A stretch of DNA of 63,627 nucleotides, filler included, from Choristocarpus tenellus KU-1152 (taxonomy: Eukaryota > Protista > Phaeophyceae): the NCBI GenBank assembly GCA_964200185.2. It is 8 parts of 8 records of this genome, joined end to end, with 100 filler letters (N's around TTAATTAATTAA, not from the genome) between each part and the next. Parts side by side here need not be neighbours in the genome. Positions count along the whole stretch, not along the records: positions 21,178 to 34,840 come from CAXNAD020001415.1; positions 34,941 to 41,387 come from CAXNAD020008125.1; 6 more parts are not named here. One strand, written 5' to 3'. Position 1 is the first letter of the stretch. Every line of letters begins with the position of its first letter. Under the pieces are notes generated by a model. The model saw only the letters and a program-made list of their open reading frames with translations, was not told the origin of the DNA and ran no database searches. This document shows, piece after piece, positions 26,896-39,397 of the stretch. The position numbers and the translations under genes were made by a program.

Positions 26896-27071
26896 TACAC
26901 AAAATATTCTAAATCATAATAATATGAATATAATATTTTAATATTATACGTAACATTCAACTTAACATCGTGTCTTTATATTACATTTCAAATTTGTTGT
27001 CACATCACGACATCAAAGAAGATCCTCGTCAAAGAAGCCACAAGATCGATTACATCGAGAGATAACCTCCC

Positions 27072-29957
27072 ATGAAAGTGGATAACGACGACACTAATCC
27101 TGCTAAAATGGATAAGCAGTACTCCGGAAAAGGGAATATATGGAAATCCTTGGTGACCATCAAGGGTGCAGTGACGGGTTTCACAAGTTTAGATTCAGCG
27201 AAGGGGACGGTCGTAGAGAAGCTGGAAAGTCGACCCTTCACCTTGAAGCGCGATCAAGATGCCTCAGGTACCAATCTTCTATCTAAGCTATATCATGCGC
27301 ACCCCGTCTGGTTTGTGGACGGCCTCCTCCACAGCCACCTCGACTAACCTCTTAAGTCAATAGACGTTCCCCAGACACCTTGATTACGATCTATCGAAGT
27401 TGAAGGTACCCTTGGTCTTGATTTCCTCAACCAATCGTCTCCCTTAATCTGTACCTATGCAACGGTGTTAGAAGAGAGTAAGGTTTGGACCAACGCCATA
27501 AAGAGGGCCGGGTGGTATTTGGAACGTACGTTCCTGTGCTATCTTTCTCTCTTTCCTCAGCGTTGCAAGGGTTGTGTGTTGGCATCATCCCTCTCTCCGT
27601 ATGTACGCAAAATATATACATTTGTACATATTTCTTTGACCAACAAGGAAACTTCACAGGAACCTCAACCTTCTCTTCAGAGAACCAGCAAACAGTCGCT
27701 CTGTTGCAAATTTCAATAATGGAGTAAATTGGTATATATCTGCATTTCTTGTCTTTAGGGGCACTTGCACGGGGCGATGTTCAGGAGGTGGCTTCGTTCC
27801 TTTGGAGGCTTCTGCCCGAGGGATCAGAGAGGGGGGGATCAGCACAACGCTGCCTAAAGAGAGCTCTGTGCCATCTCGACAGTCGCTGGAAGGCAGAGGT
27901 GGACAATAAGCGGGCCCACACCTTCGCCTTGGAAGAGGTCGGGCAGGTTGATGCCGTCCACTGTGGAGATCTTTACCTTCCCGCTGATTCGTTCGAGATT
28001 GTGATGGGCTTTGTGGAACAGAGGGACGCTATCACGAGCACTCCCGTCAGCAAGGCCTGGTGGAGGATCTGTGAGTTTCTGTTTAAATCCCGTCCTCAAC
28101 CAGGATGACTTGACTCATTTTCGTAATCTAGTCAGTGACCCTTGAAAGCCTCTTCCTACTTCATTTCTGTACTCTTTGTTGCTACTTGTCTCGTCGGACA
28201 CTTTCATATTGTCTGCACTTCGGCAGGTGATCGAAAGCATGTGTGCTTGCTTGTTAATGACGTAACGCAGAAAAACAGTCGACTTTCTGTATGTACACAT
28301 GCTCTCGAGGAGTGCCTCCTGACATCTGGTCTTCATTTCATGGCTTCAAACTGCACCTGTCCACTCATTCTCTTCCACTCTTTATCTCCCAGAGAGTTAA
28401 CTTCAATCTTTCTTGTCATTTCCAACGGAGACAGTGTCTGGTCTGCCACATGCAGAGCACATCAACATGGTTGTGGGGCATTCACGGGCTTGGGAAATGG
28501 GATGGCAAGATATGATCAATCAGCTCAAGCTTATCTGTGCTTGTAATCCCAGGCGCAATATTCGACGCCTCACCCTTGGACCTTGTGTCAACCTTGGTAG
28601 CGTGGGAAACTTGTCACTTGCATCTGGTGGGAAGCTAACTCATCTTGACTTCACGCGGATTAAGGGCACCAAACACTTGAATTTCCGTGAACTAGCCAAG
28701 CAGATGCCCTATCTGAAAGGTATAGCGGTAAGTACTTTGAATAAGGGAGGGAGGTGTATTAGATAATCTTTAGAGAGCTATTAGCTAGGAACCAACAAAA
28801 TAGTCACAAGCTTGGTATGCCCAAATCAGGGTAGGGAGGGGGATGGTAGACGGGTATATACTAGTGAAGTCATGTTGAAGACTTTTAGAAAGGAGAACAT
28901 CAACACACTTGAGTATATGGTAATGAACCATCTTCTTATAGCGCCACTTGAAAAAGACCTCGAGCTTGCTGTATTTCGACGTCAGAGCTGGCGGCTTTGA
29001 AGTAGTCCAAGTCTGATTGGCTACTTGACGGGTTCGCTGTCTACTTAAGAAGTATTTGCAGCCTATGACGAGGAAGTATGAGGTCCAGCATTGGAAAAAT
29101 GCTCAAACAGTAGAATGTCTTCCTTCCTCACTTTGGTGAAAACCTCTGTTAGAATTCTATGCGGGGATTTTGGGTCACAGGCACCTCTCATTCAACTCAA
29201 TGTCTTAATCTCTTCTCCACTTCTTCTGCCTGGTTCCTCTTGCTTGCATGCTCCACACTCAAATGGACTACCTACCTAGCTAAAGGAGACCTTCTACAGC
29301 TACGAGTCTGCAGACACTTGGCTTGAGCAGGTCGCTCAGCTGATGACTGATTTTGGCAAACTGGAAAGTCTGTCAATTGAGGCAAACAACTTTGAGATAT
29401 GGTCCAACAACACTCCAGGGGTCAGAGCAAAGTGGAATAGTGAGTACAAGTCTATGATTGACAACACAGCTCTCGAGGCTTTTGCTGCTGCTGGTGGCCA
29501 AAGTCTAAAGCGTCTGTATCTTTCGGGACCTTCACAAGGAAAAATCATCAGCCACGGCATGGCTGCCCTTGGCAAGGGCATGCCGCTCCTTGAGGAGCTG
29601 ACTTTGAACCACATGCAAGTATCGGATGTTGGATGGACAGGTTTTGCTGAGGCACGTATTGCCTCTTGTCGTCCCCTCCGCCACATCAGGATCACAGTCA
29701 TGTCCAGTCCTTTCGCCCCCTCTGAGGCCACCTACCTACTCCTTGCAGGAGCTGTCACTATCCGCGTTTATGTTCAGCTCCTGCAACTACCATGGGTGGA
29801 GCCAGAGGCAGTGGGAACAGGGTCAGGAGGAGTGAGATCAGATCCATCCCTCTGTCAGCACACAGCATTAGAGACTCGGGCAGAGGGGAAGCTAAAAATA
29901 TATCAAACCAACGGCTACTATTGCCCTGACCGCAACAGTAATGCTGGAGATCTATAA
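27072..29957 (+). CDS. F-box / leucine-rich repeat (RNI-like) protein, about 510 aa
   Basis: Five phase-compatible exons: 27072-27267, 27472-27525, 27759-28070, 28435-28727, 29280-29957. LPADSFEIVMGFV...VSKAWWRI is F-box-like; IRRLTL, LTHLDF, LESLSI, LKRLYL and LEELTL are LxxLxL repeats. Confidence 0.8.
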
Positions 29958-32900
29958 TGGAACCGTAATCTGTGGAATACACTGAACCAGTGTGACTAGT
30001 TCTATGCCCCCTCTGGATGAAATCCTGCAGGCAGTAGCTAGCCTTCAACCTGCATATAATATTTAGTTAGACGTTGTGCAGGGCGATATATGTATTGTGT
30101 GGGTACAGAAGAGTGGGAAGGGATGGAAGGTGTCAATGATAATACAATGGAGTTGAGGACCGTACTGGGTTTGTCACACTTTCGCTGGGTGGGGTGTAAT
30201 GTTTGGTAACACGTCATAGTCATCTTGGAAGCAAGCCTAGAAAATACTGTCTTGTTGAGGGTCCTTGCGCCAGTCTACTCTTGCGTGATGTGTACTCAAC
30301 ATTGCCACGAACTGTGTGTGAAGGGATCACAAAAAGATTTTAAGTAATGTGACCCATCCTTTCCTTTTGTGTGAAATGAAATGTTTGTGTATGAGCATGA
30401 TATGTTGCCTTTATGCATATGCTGAGTCAAAGTAAATGATAGGTACCCAGAGTGGCATTTTAAATATGCCTGCAACATGTACAAAATACGCATTTTTTGA
30501 CATGTATAGCATATTTTCCGAATTGTGTCGAAATGTTTCAAATAATATGGAAATAAACCCTCTCAAGTCAAGTAAGCACTTCAGCCATAGAAACATGGAT
30601 GAATTGCAAAAGATTGAAAAACTGACTTAAAATGCAAAATGCCCCAAAACTGGGCACCTTTCATTTACTTAGACTCAATCCAGATTATCAACGTATGTAT
30701 GACAGTTACATAGGACTTCCTATCACATGCAAGGCGGGTAGTGTGGTCACATGACCATATCACCACATTTCCTTCAAGTACAGGTAGATCCTTGGAAGTA
30801 TTCCGAAGTACAACACTTAGTGATTGTACCTGTTCCATTTTGTACATGAAAATGGAGTATTGCATACATATCCCTATTCCTTTGTTATGAGGACATACGG
30901 GTGGAAGTAGGCAATTGGAAATTACTTAGGGTACAATAATAGTGATACCATGGCCTGTACTGTACTGTGTCTGGGATCTTTCAATCACTGCAAATAGGAC
31001 AAAGCTCTCCAAATATAGTTATGTACCTTGAAATACGATGTCAACACAAGCACCAGGCCTACGTCATGGTCTGCATGGACAAAAGTATGTGTATTTTAAC
31101 CAAGAACATACGCATTACCACATTTTAAAAGCGCTTCATTATTACCCCTTGCAATACTACTTCTGTGGTTGTGCAATGGATCACTTTTGACGTAATAATA
31201 TAGGTGGATTAAGGTTCTCATGTTCCATCCTTACTAGCGTATTGAAAAAGGTTTCAGTTTAATCTACTTTATGATATGAGTAAGAAAAAAAAGTTAATAT
31301 ATTTGGAAATACATTTGGGGGTAAATTCATAGCATTATGCCGCTCCACCAAAGTATTATTGCGAAGTTGGACGTAAACTCATATTTCCAGATACCTGGGC
31401 GGCCCACTGGGTTACTTGTTTCTACTTGAAAAGTCGATCCTTAAAATGAAAGGAAAGATCGCGAATCATGTTTTGTTACCTCTGATGAACTCTATAAAAC
31501 TGTACATACTCAAGTAGTGATGACACGCACACTGAAAAAACGCCACCTTGGAAATATGACACCATGGGATAGCACAGCTTGTTAAGGTAGCACAAGTATT
31601 TTTCTCATTTCCATGGGTAGAGTGGCAGTCTAACCCCCAATGGGATGTGCTTATTCACCCTCAATATTCTGAAGTACAGACAGGACTTGGGTTAGGGTCA
31701 GGGAAGAAGCACACCGAAACTGCACTTGGAGCATGCTTATCGACCTGTGTACTGCTAAACTTAGTCAAAATTGTAGAAGATGTAGGAAGAACCCGCAAAT
31801 CTAAAATAATTTTTGCTTCTATATTATGTAGTACTTTCACAATTTGTCTAAGCTGGGCTGCACTAGATCTACTAGCATTCGGCACTGGAGATTCTTCCCT
31901 ACAAAATCATCTAACAAAATACTATGTTAAAAATTGATGCGAATCATGTGGCATTTATGGAGAGGGGATATAGATAATTCAATNNNNNNNNNNAGGATCA
32001 CGATCGTATTCAAAAACTGAAGACATATATAGAGAATAATACAGAGAAAATTGTGGCAGTCTAACCAAGGAAATCGCAATGCTAGGATCGTTATCTTGAA
32101 ACAAACTACTTTCGATGTTATATTAATGGTGAGAGTCGACAATGAGGGGAGATGGGTTTAGGAGTACTAATCATTGATGCCTCATAATACAGATGACAAG
32201 AAAGAAGTTTTGGGCTCTGTTACTGGAAGAGATTAATGTAGATGCCAAGGAGTCTAATGCGTCCAATAGCATTTAAACATTTTCTGTTGATCTGTGGAGC
32301 CAGAAACACACACAGAGGCTTCCGACTGACATTCATAGCTCCTTCAGCAAGTAGATGTCTTACATGAATATCCATCTCCCGGCACCTGCACCTGGCGAAT
32401 AATGCGATCTGTTGACTGTTGACTGCCCCTTCGTATTGACGATACTCTTCTGTCTGCAGTAGAAGGCATTGCTGTGCCAGAATTTGCTTCATAATCTCAA
32501 TACCAGTAGGTGAAGTAACCAGTGGAGTTCACTGGTCAACTACCTCATTTTGGACCTGGGACAATCATGCTGACCTCATGACATCCCACAAACCTAAGAC
32601 AAAAAAAAGAAGTGGAGGTTTGTTGATACTGAACTCCATGTTTGGCATTGATCGTCTTCACCACCTTCAAGATGCACTTCACCTCATAGGAATGCACAAT
32701 TGATGCATCAAAAAGAAAACAAAAAAACGCCCTACACTCTACACAGCAAGAACCAGTGCGACCCATATCACATTCACAGGAAAAATTATACCCTTGAAGG
32801 TATGCTGATATAGTAAATGGGCATAGCTGCAACTAATCATAGGTGATAGCCCCTGCCCTTGCCTGGATCTGTCACCACAACCCTTTATAGCTCAATGCGC

Positions 32901-33443
32901 ATCAATGCACTCAAGTATACAAATCATCAGCAAACCATGACAATGCAACACATGGATTGAAAGGCTGGAGGAAAAATATTAGACATCAATTATCAGATTG
33001 ACTTCCCAACCCTATGAGGCATTATCAATGGTCACAACAAAAACCCATCGAGAATGTTCCCCCCACTTAGTTTCTGTGCTGGGGTGTACATTACAGCGAA
33101 AACAACTTGCAAACACACCCAGTCCAAAATCCTCTTCCCACTCCTATTCCACCTTCCCTTGCTTTCATTGATTACTGTACTGGTCTTTGTACTCTCAATA
33201 TATTTCCAACTGAATTCTTCTGTCTTCTCAAAAAGCAAGCTAATGAATAAACATCTATATCAAGAAAACTCCAATAGAGCCAGCAGAGGGCAAGGGAACA
33301 CAGGAAAACTAAACTCATGAAAGAACTGGAACACATGAAGCCCACTTCCATCCTCCTTCAATTCACAGGATTTCACCATACACAACAAAGGGGAGATAGC
33401 ACAGAAGAGGAATTTTCTGACATGAAGATACCACTACGTCACT

Positions 33444-34799
33444 CTAGAGCCCTCGTGTTGCGGCCCTTCCCCCCCGTCCTCCTCCCAACCCAGCAAAACC
33501 CCCAATTCCCTTGGGTACATCATCCTCAGCACTATCCAATCCGCTCAGAAGATCCGGATTTTGGAGAAGTTCCAAATATGCCTGCTCCATAAGTGCAGGA
33601 TCGGACTGCAACTGTTGGAGCAGCTCTGCCATCTGTTGGAACAGAGAGACATTCATGGAGAGGGTCGAGTGTAATGTGACAAGATGTTTTTAGTCAGGAC
33701 TACAGGAGGGTAGGATCTGGGGCAGAAGACTCAGTGGGCAATAACGTGTTTGAACAGTATTGATAGATGCCAATACAAGGCACACAGGATTTCCATGGGA
33801 TCATCTATGTGAAGTTTAGACGCGATAGGTTCTCGAGTATAAAAAAAAGGTGAAGATGATACCATGCATTTCACTCATTATGTAACATTGGACACGGAAG
33901 TTGACCCCGGGCAGTTGCTTTTGAGGTAGTATCGAGGTAACCTTGCTGGTCACACTAGTATGTCAATGTGATTTGGACCATAGCAGTCAACTACATACAA
34001 AATATCAAAGATCATTTCATTCTTGAAACAAATAGCCATCATAATCCAGAGATTGAATTATTAATAGCAACTAGAAAAAAACATGCGGTGTACACACACG
34101 TTGATCAGCCAATCAACCCTGCTATGTCATTCCCAAGGCACCAACGAGCAATGTGAGTATGAAATACTCTGCCACATTAAAAGTACAGTATGACAAAAAA
34201 TAGTGTAACAGATCAATACAAAAGCTTGCCAGTACTACCACAGATTGGCATCCAAGCGCACCTCAGGGTCCCCTTCCATTGCCGCCATCATTTCCATCAT
34301 AGCCCCCATCTCTGGCTGGTTGAACAACTCCAGCATTTCAGTTACCTGCAAGTAATGCAATGCAGCAGAGGACACAAGTCAGCTATCTTTGAATAGAAAA
34401 GAACAATCGGCAGCACCCCACCCCACTGGATACTTGGAATATCTCAAAACAACAAGGACATTGACGTAGAAGAGAGGCGTGCTCAGCAATCCCCCATTCA
34501 GTACAAAAAATAAAAGAAAATGTTGCACCCTCTCTTACAGTGAAGACACTTCCACACATGTGAGTGCCTGAGGTGGTGGAAGCAATAGTTCCCCTTTGCA
34601 CTGTGAGAAACTGCACCAAAACACAACAAAGCCACTATTGAAAGATCAGGAGGGTCAGATGACAGGAAATAATGACCCAGACACTGTAATATCACACGTT
34701 CCTTTGCCTCAACTCTCTTCCATAGTATGGGCACCACCTCCCTACCTGTGTCTTGACAATCTCATTGAGTTTGGAAGGGTCATCCACCATGGCAACCAC
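33444..34799 (-). CDS. 3' three exons of a Met/Gln-rich helical protein (STI1/HOP DP-repeat-like)
   Basis: Exons 34799-34746, 34345-34262 and 33632-33444, all phase 0 GT-AG: VVAMVDDPSKLNEIVKTQ|VTEMLELFNQPEMGAMMEMMAAMEGDPE|MAELLQQLQSDPALMEQAYLELLQNPDLL... with periodic DP/NP motifs. The 5' part lies beyond the contig. Confidence 0.7.
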
Positions 34800-34840
34800 C
34801 TGAAAACAAAACAAAACAAAACGGATGGGCCGGGGGGCGG

Positions 34841-34940
34841 NNNNNNNNNNNNNNNNNNNNNNNNNNNNNNNNNNNNNNNNNNNNTTAATTAATTAANNNN
34901 NNNNNNNNNNNNNNNNNNNNNNNNNNNNNNNNNNNNNNNN
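34841..34940. other. Artificial contig spacer
   Basis: 44 N + TTAATTAATTAA + 44 N. Confidence 0.99.
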
Positions 34941-37785
34941 ATGTCAGCTGATTGTCTTGATGTTGGAACATATTCTATATGAAATATTCCTTGATTTACA
35001 TACTCTTTTGTACTTTAATTTCATGTCCACATGCTTGGTCCTTCCATTGAATCCTGTGATGCTGCTCGCTTGAATAGCACCACGATTATCACAGAACCAG
35101 GGAATCTGTTTCTGTAATATGCCAATCTCTCCCAGAATGCCTTGAAGGAAAATGCAGTGACACATGCCGTATGCCATTGCTGTCCACTCTGCCTCTGAGC
35201 TGGAGAGGGTGACAGCACCTTCAAGCTTAGAGCGCCACGCGATCGGTGATCCGTTGATCAGGATTATGAACCCTGTAACACTCCTGCGTGTTTGTTGGTC
35301 GGTGCCCCAGTAAGAATCTCCATACCCAACCAGGAGTTCTTCTTCTCTCTCATTCATATCTTTGTTCCCTCGATCATATAGTGAATGCAGATATCCAATG
35401 TCCCTGCTACGTAGCGCAGAATGTGCTGTAATCCGCGCCAGTGTCGCATGCATAAAGATGCTGCTCTACGCCCCAGTTCACGAACACTATTAGCCAGGTC
35501 TAGTCGAGTCATGCCTTATATCGTTCTACTGTCCCGTCTGCAGAGTGCTTGATCTTGAAAACAAATCGTGTCTTGATTGCCTTCCTTCCTTGGGGCAGGG
35601 CTTTGTCACTAAACGTCCCCTTCTGCCAAAGTCCTGCCATTCCCTTTTCCATGGCTTCCTGCCATTGATCTGCATCTGGCCCATTCAAGGCCTCCTTGGT
35701 TGTGGATGGTTCTTCTGGACCTGCTGTTACTTCCCCAATGAGACCCATAAGGCAGTACACTTCTTCGTTGTTCTGCTTCATAAGGGTTGATACGAAGCGG
35801 TTCATTTCCATTTCCTCATCCTCTTCCTGGGCACACATTTGACATGTGTGGGCCATCCGCCGGCGCTGCTTCAGCCTGGCAGATTTCCGACACTCAGAGC
35901 GTGGGGCCAAGCGTTTGGTTGTCATCTGTGCAACCCTATCCATGCGTTGGCGTTGTCCCATCCTGGGAATTTCTTGACTGTGAGGGGAAGCTGGGCGCTT
36001 TGCATTTTGAGCCCCACGTCCAATATTTGGGTTCTCACCCCCAGTCATGTCTGCCTCGCTCCCTGTTGTGGAAGCCTCTTCTTCGTCTTGTGTATCCATG
36101 TTCATGTCTTCATCAAATTCTGGTTCCTCCGGTATGTTCAGCTCTGGCTCCACCACTAGCTCCAGCAGTTTGACTTCAGGCTGGAAAGTCACCTTTGCTG
36201 AGGTCACCAGCTTGTCTTCCTATGGGATTCACACGATCCAGCATAATGATGCCCTGTCGTGCCCCGCCTTGATGTAGTGTCATTGCCCCCAGTCTGAGTC
36301 TCCATACCTGACCAGGCCCCAATTGTCCATTGTTTCTTTTGTTGACGTAGCACTCACTCCCCCAGGCTTGAAGTCTATCATAATTGAATGTCTTGTACAT
36401 CCTCTTGTTGAGTGAAGTCCTGTGCCACCAACCTGGCCTTGAACTGTTCAGTGGTCCCCTCAGCTGTTGGCTTTGTCTTAAATTAAGATTTAGTCTTGAC
36501 AGGATTTCTTCCCCATGTCAAAACCTCTCCCTCTATGAATGTTCCTTTCATCCATTGTTGCTCCAGGATGTGCTCTGGGTACCTGGTCTAGTTAATTCCT
36601 TCGCCTCTTTAGACGGTGTCGCTCTCCTCTGGCGACAAATGATCTGAAGGTCTCCTTTACCACGACAGTTGTAGCATATACCTTCGAAGAGTAAGGACCA
36701 ATATGCTTGATCAGACCACAGTTTAAACACCTTCTGTTTGACCTGATCTCGTCTCTGGTAGGTAATCCTGTTGTAATATTGTCCGTACATTGACCAGTTG
36801 TACCTTGGCCGCCTCCTCCGCTGACCTTCTGTTTTCTCTTCCACTAGTTTATGGTCCCAGCGGCTAGAGTGCTCCCAGGCTCCCCGAGGTTAACTCCTCC
36901 TTTCTTCCTGGTGGAGGCTTAGTTACTGATAGTACCTATGCCATTTGTGTCGAAGGTGCACGTCCACTTTGTTGGGATGACGATGATGATACTATTGCCT
37001 GTTTCAGCTTCCTGTAGCTTATATCGAGTCTTGCAATGAACTGTACAGGGATCTTGTCCTCCGCACGACCTCTGTTGAGCTGCATTGAGGATCTCGTGCT
37101 CCGCGCGGACACATCTGCGTAAATACCTGCGGCATGCTGTCCCTGATGTCTATGATCAGAGCTCCTCCTTTGTCAAGCTGCATGGAGATCTCTCGTCCTC
37201 CACACGGACACATCTGCAAATACCTACGGCATGCTGTCCCTGATGCCAGTGATCGGAGCTCCTTTCTTGGCATGATCTTGGCTGCCTCCAGCTGCTCGTA
37301 CTCTTGTCCAGATATGATCGAGGCGAATGACGAAATCTGCAGTGCCCTCCGCTGACGAGCAGTACATGTCGCACAATTTCATCTCTGGAGTTATGAGCTG
37401 CATGGGCTGCTGAACAGTAGAGCGCCCCCCATAGATCTGCTCTAATTCGAGACAGGCTGCCCTCCTGTCGGGGCTGCCTCCTCTCATACGTGTTGACCAT
37501 ACAAGCTGACCACCATAGCTGCCGCACCCCTCGTGGCCTGTTCCAGCAGGAACCACAAGGCTTCGCGACGCCTGACGTATTCATCGTACGCGCAGCGTTC
37601 CTCGAATGATGTATCAGTTGTGGGAGGTGCAGGAATGCGGTATGCTGGTTGTAGGATGCAGTACAGTCTCTTGCCGCCCACATAGCTCACCAGCGCCATC
37701 CGCCATTCTGCCCACTTCTCCCTTATATGCCCCCGCACTCCACTCCATAGTGGCAGCATACGGGGGTCCGCTTACATATCAATGA

Positions 37786-37796
37786 GGCTCATAACC
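37786..37796 (-). promoter_or_regulatory. Copia primer-binding site of the half-tRNA(iMet) type
   Basis: Minus strand reads ...CA-TA-GGTTATGAGCC just upstream of the gag start (37759), matching the GGTTATG(G/A)GCC type site of copia/Ty5-like elements. Confidence 0.75.
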
Positions 37797-37917
37797 TATG
37801 CAAAAGAGAACTACTCTGATAGAGTATTTTGTTTTATGCGGTACGGATTTGTTTATTAGCGGAGTGAGCGCTACCATCAAACACGTCAGAAATATCTTTA
37901 AACGTGTTTGTGACAGG

Positions 37918-38000
37918 TACACTACGTCAGTCACTTATACGTTCAAGCTACACTACGTCAGTCGCTTATAAGTTCAAGTTACATTACTTCATTCACTTTT
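37918..38000. repeat. 31-bp tandem repeat, about 2.7 units, in the presumed LTR
   Basis: TACACTACGTCAGTCACTTATACGTTCAAGC repeated with substitutions. Confidence 0.85.
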
Positions 38001-39139
38001 ACACTATAAACCATATAGACTGCTAGTCTATATTGCACAATACCCTAACCAACCTTCGAAGAGCGCTGGGATCATCATCGTTACTTTAACTTTGTTCAAG
38101 TTCATAATACAAGATCAGGGTCGACAGCCTTGTTTGGTTAGTGCATCAGAAGCTCAAGATTAGAGGACTTGACACAAAAAAAATTCCATAAAAAAAAATT
38201 ACCTCACATATAAACAATGATTTGCCAATGCTGTCCAGTGTGATGGTACACCTATGTGCTAGGGACCGCTGTCAAAGACTACTGAATACTACACTGACAG
38301 CTGTGTTGTCACAACTGATTCCCCTAGTCTATCCCCTCACTACTGCTGCCTGTCCCCAAAGCCCCCAAGTCAACCCCCCCTTCACCATTGTCTGGCTCCA
38401 AATCCCCTGATCTCCTCTTCACCACTCACTTGTCCCACCACTTCCCAACATAATTCCAGCACGATCGATGTTCTGACCCAGTCTCACTGCACCAGTTGCT
38501 GATACCATTTACGACAGAATTCTGCGTTAGCATTATCATCACTCTTCTGAATAGTCCTCCAACCTTGCTTAGCAGTTTAGCAGTCTCAATCATTCTGTCA
38601 AAATTGTGCCTATCTTCCCTAGCAGGAGCCTTTTCTTCCGTTATGTCTACGTGTCTCCTCATGTCCCTAGCCGCATCATCCATTATGGATACGAGGGCAT
38701 CAATAATGTTGTCTCTTTCATCCTACTTTTTCCCTTGTCTCTGCTTCCAACTTCAAGTCCTCAGCAGCCCTCCGTAACTGCTGTTGGCTCCTCGATCCTT
38801 GGTTTGCTACTAGCCCGGACCCCCTCATTACCTCCACACCTTCCATTGAAGAGGACTCCACCGAACCCCCACCCTTGCTTAAGTCACATGAGGAGGTGGA
38901 CCCTTCTTGTGGGGGTCCCTCTCTCACACCAATGTCAAAGTCTTGGAGCACATCATTGAACGGGGGCCCATATACTGCAAACAGGAGGAGGTATGGAGGG
39001 ACCCAACCATCTGTAATTTCTTTTGGAGGAGGGGGAGATAGGGGAAGCCTGGGGCAATGGTCTCCCCCCTGATCCGGGAGAGGGCAGCTCCTGGCTGGAC
39101 CTTTCTCGAGTGGCGCTGGCAAGACTGTAGGTGGAACCT

Positions 39140-39397
39140 GAGCCAAGGTATCTTAGAGGGTAGAGCCGCGTACATTTGAGGGCCAAATTCGAATGTTACG
39201 AATTTGATGTAATTTTGGCTATCGTGTTTGTTAGGAAGTATCCGTATCCGTGTTCCAGATACACCTTTTCATAACATACGCACTTTACCTACTCCTAAAC
39301 ATTTTGGAGTAGGGAAATGTCATACAAGAACCATGGGAGGCCAAGCCCCAAATGGACAAACGGGGCAGAACTCGTACCCTCTAAGATACTTTCACTC
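39140..39397. mobile_element. MITE family B, complete copy
   Basis: TIRs GAGCCAAGGTATCTTAGAGGGTA ... TACCCTCTAAGATACTTTCACTC; flanked by ACCT on both sides. Confidence 0.9.

Larger units (their letters stand above)
34941..38040 (-). mobile_element. Degenerate Ty1/copia LTR retrotransposon with internal deletions
   Basis: Order on the minus strand: LTR, PBS, gag (LPLWSG...WAEWRMAL), knuckle CYNCRGKGD, RLQAWGSECYV, RT start EEPSTTKEALNGPDADQWQEAM...FVFKIK...VERYKA, RNase H GYGDSYWG...RRSVTG...SSSEAE...CDNRGAI...RTKHVD. Many stops and frameshifts. The outer LTR edge is approximate. Confidence 0.95.

Noticed and set aside
32220-32832. Minus-strand peptides (LVTSPTGI, LKVVKTINAKHG) faintly like a PIF1/Helitron helicase
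   Set aside because: No Walker A or DE motif and no coherent exon chain; chance-level similarity.
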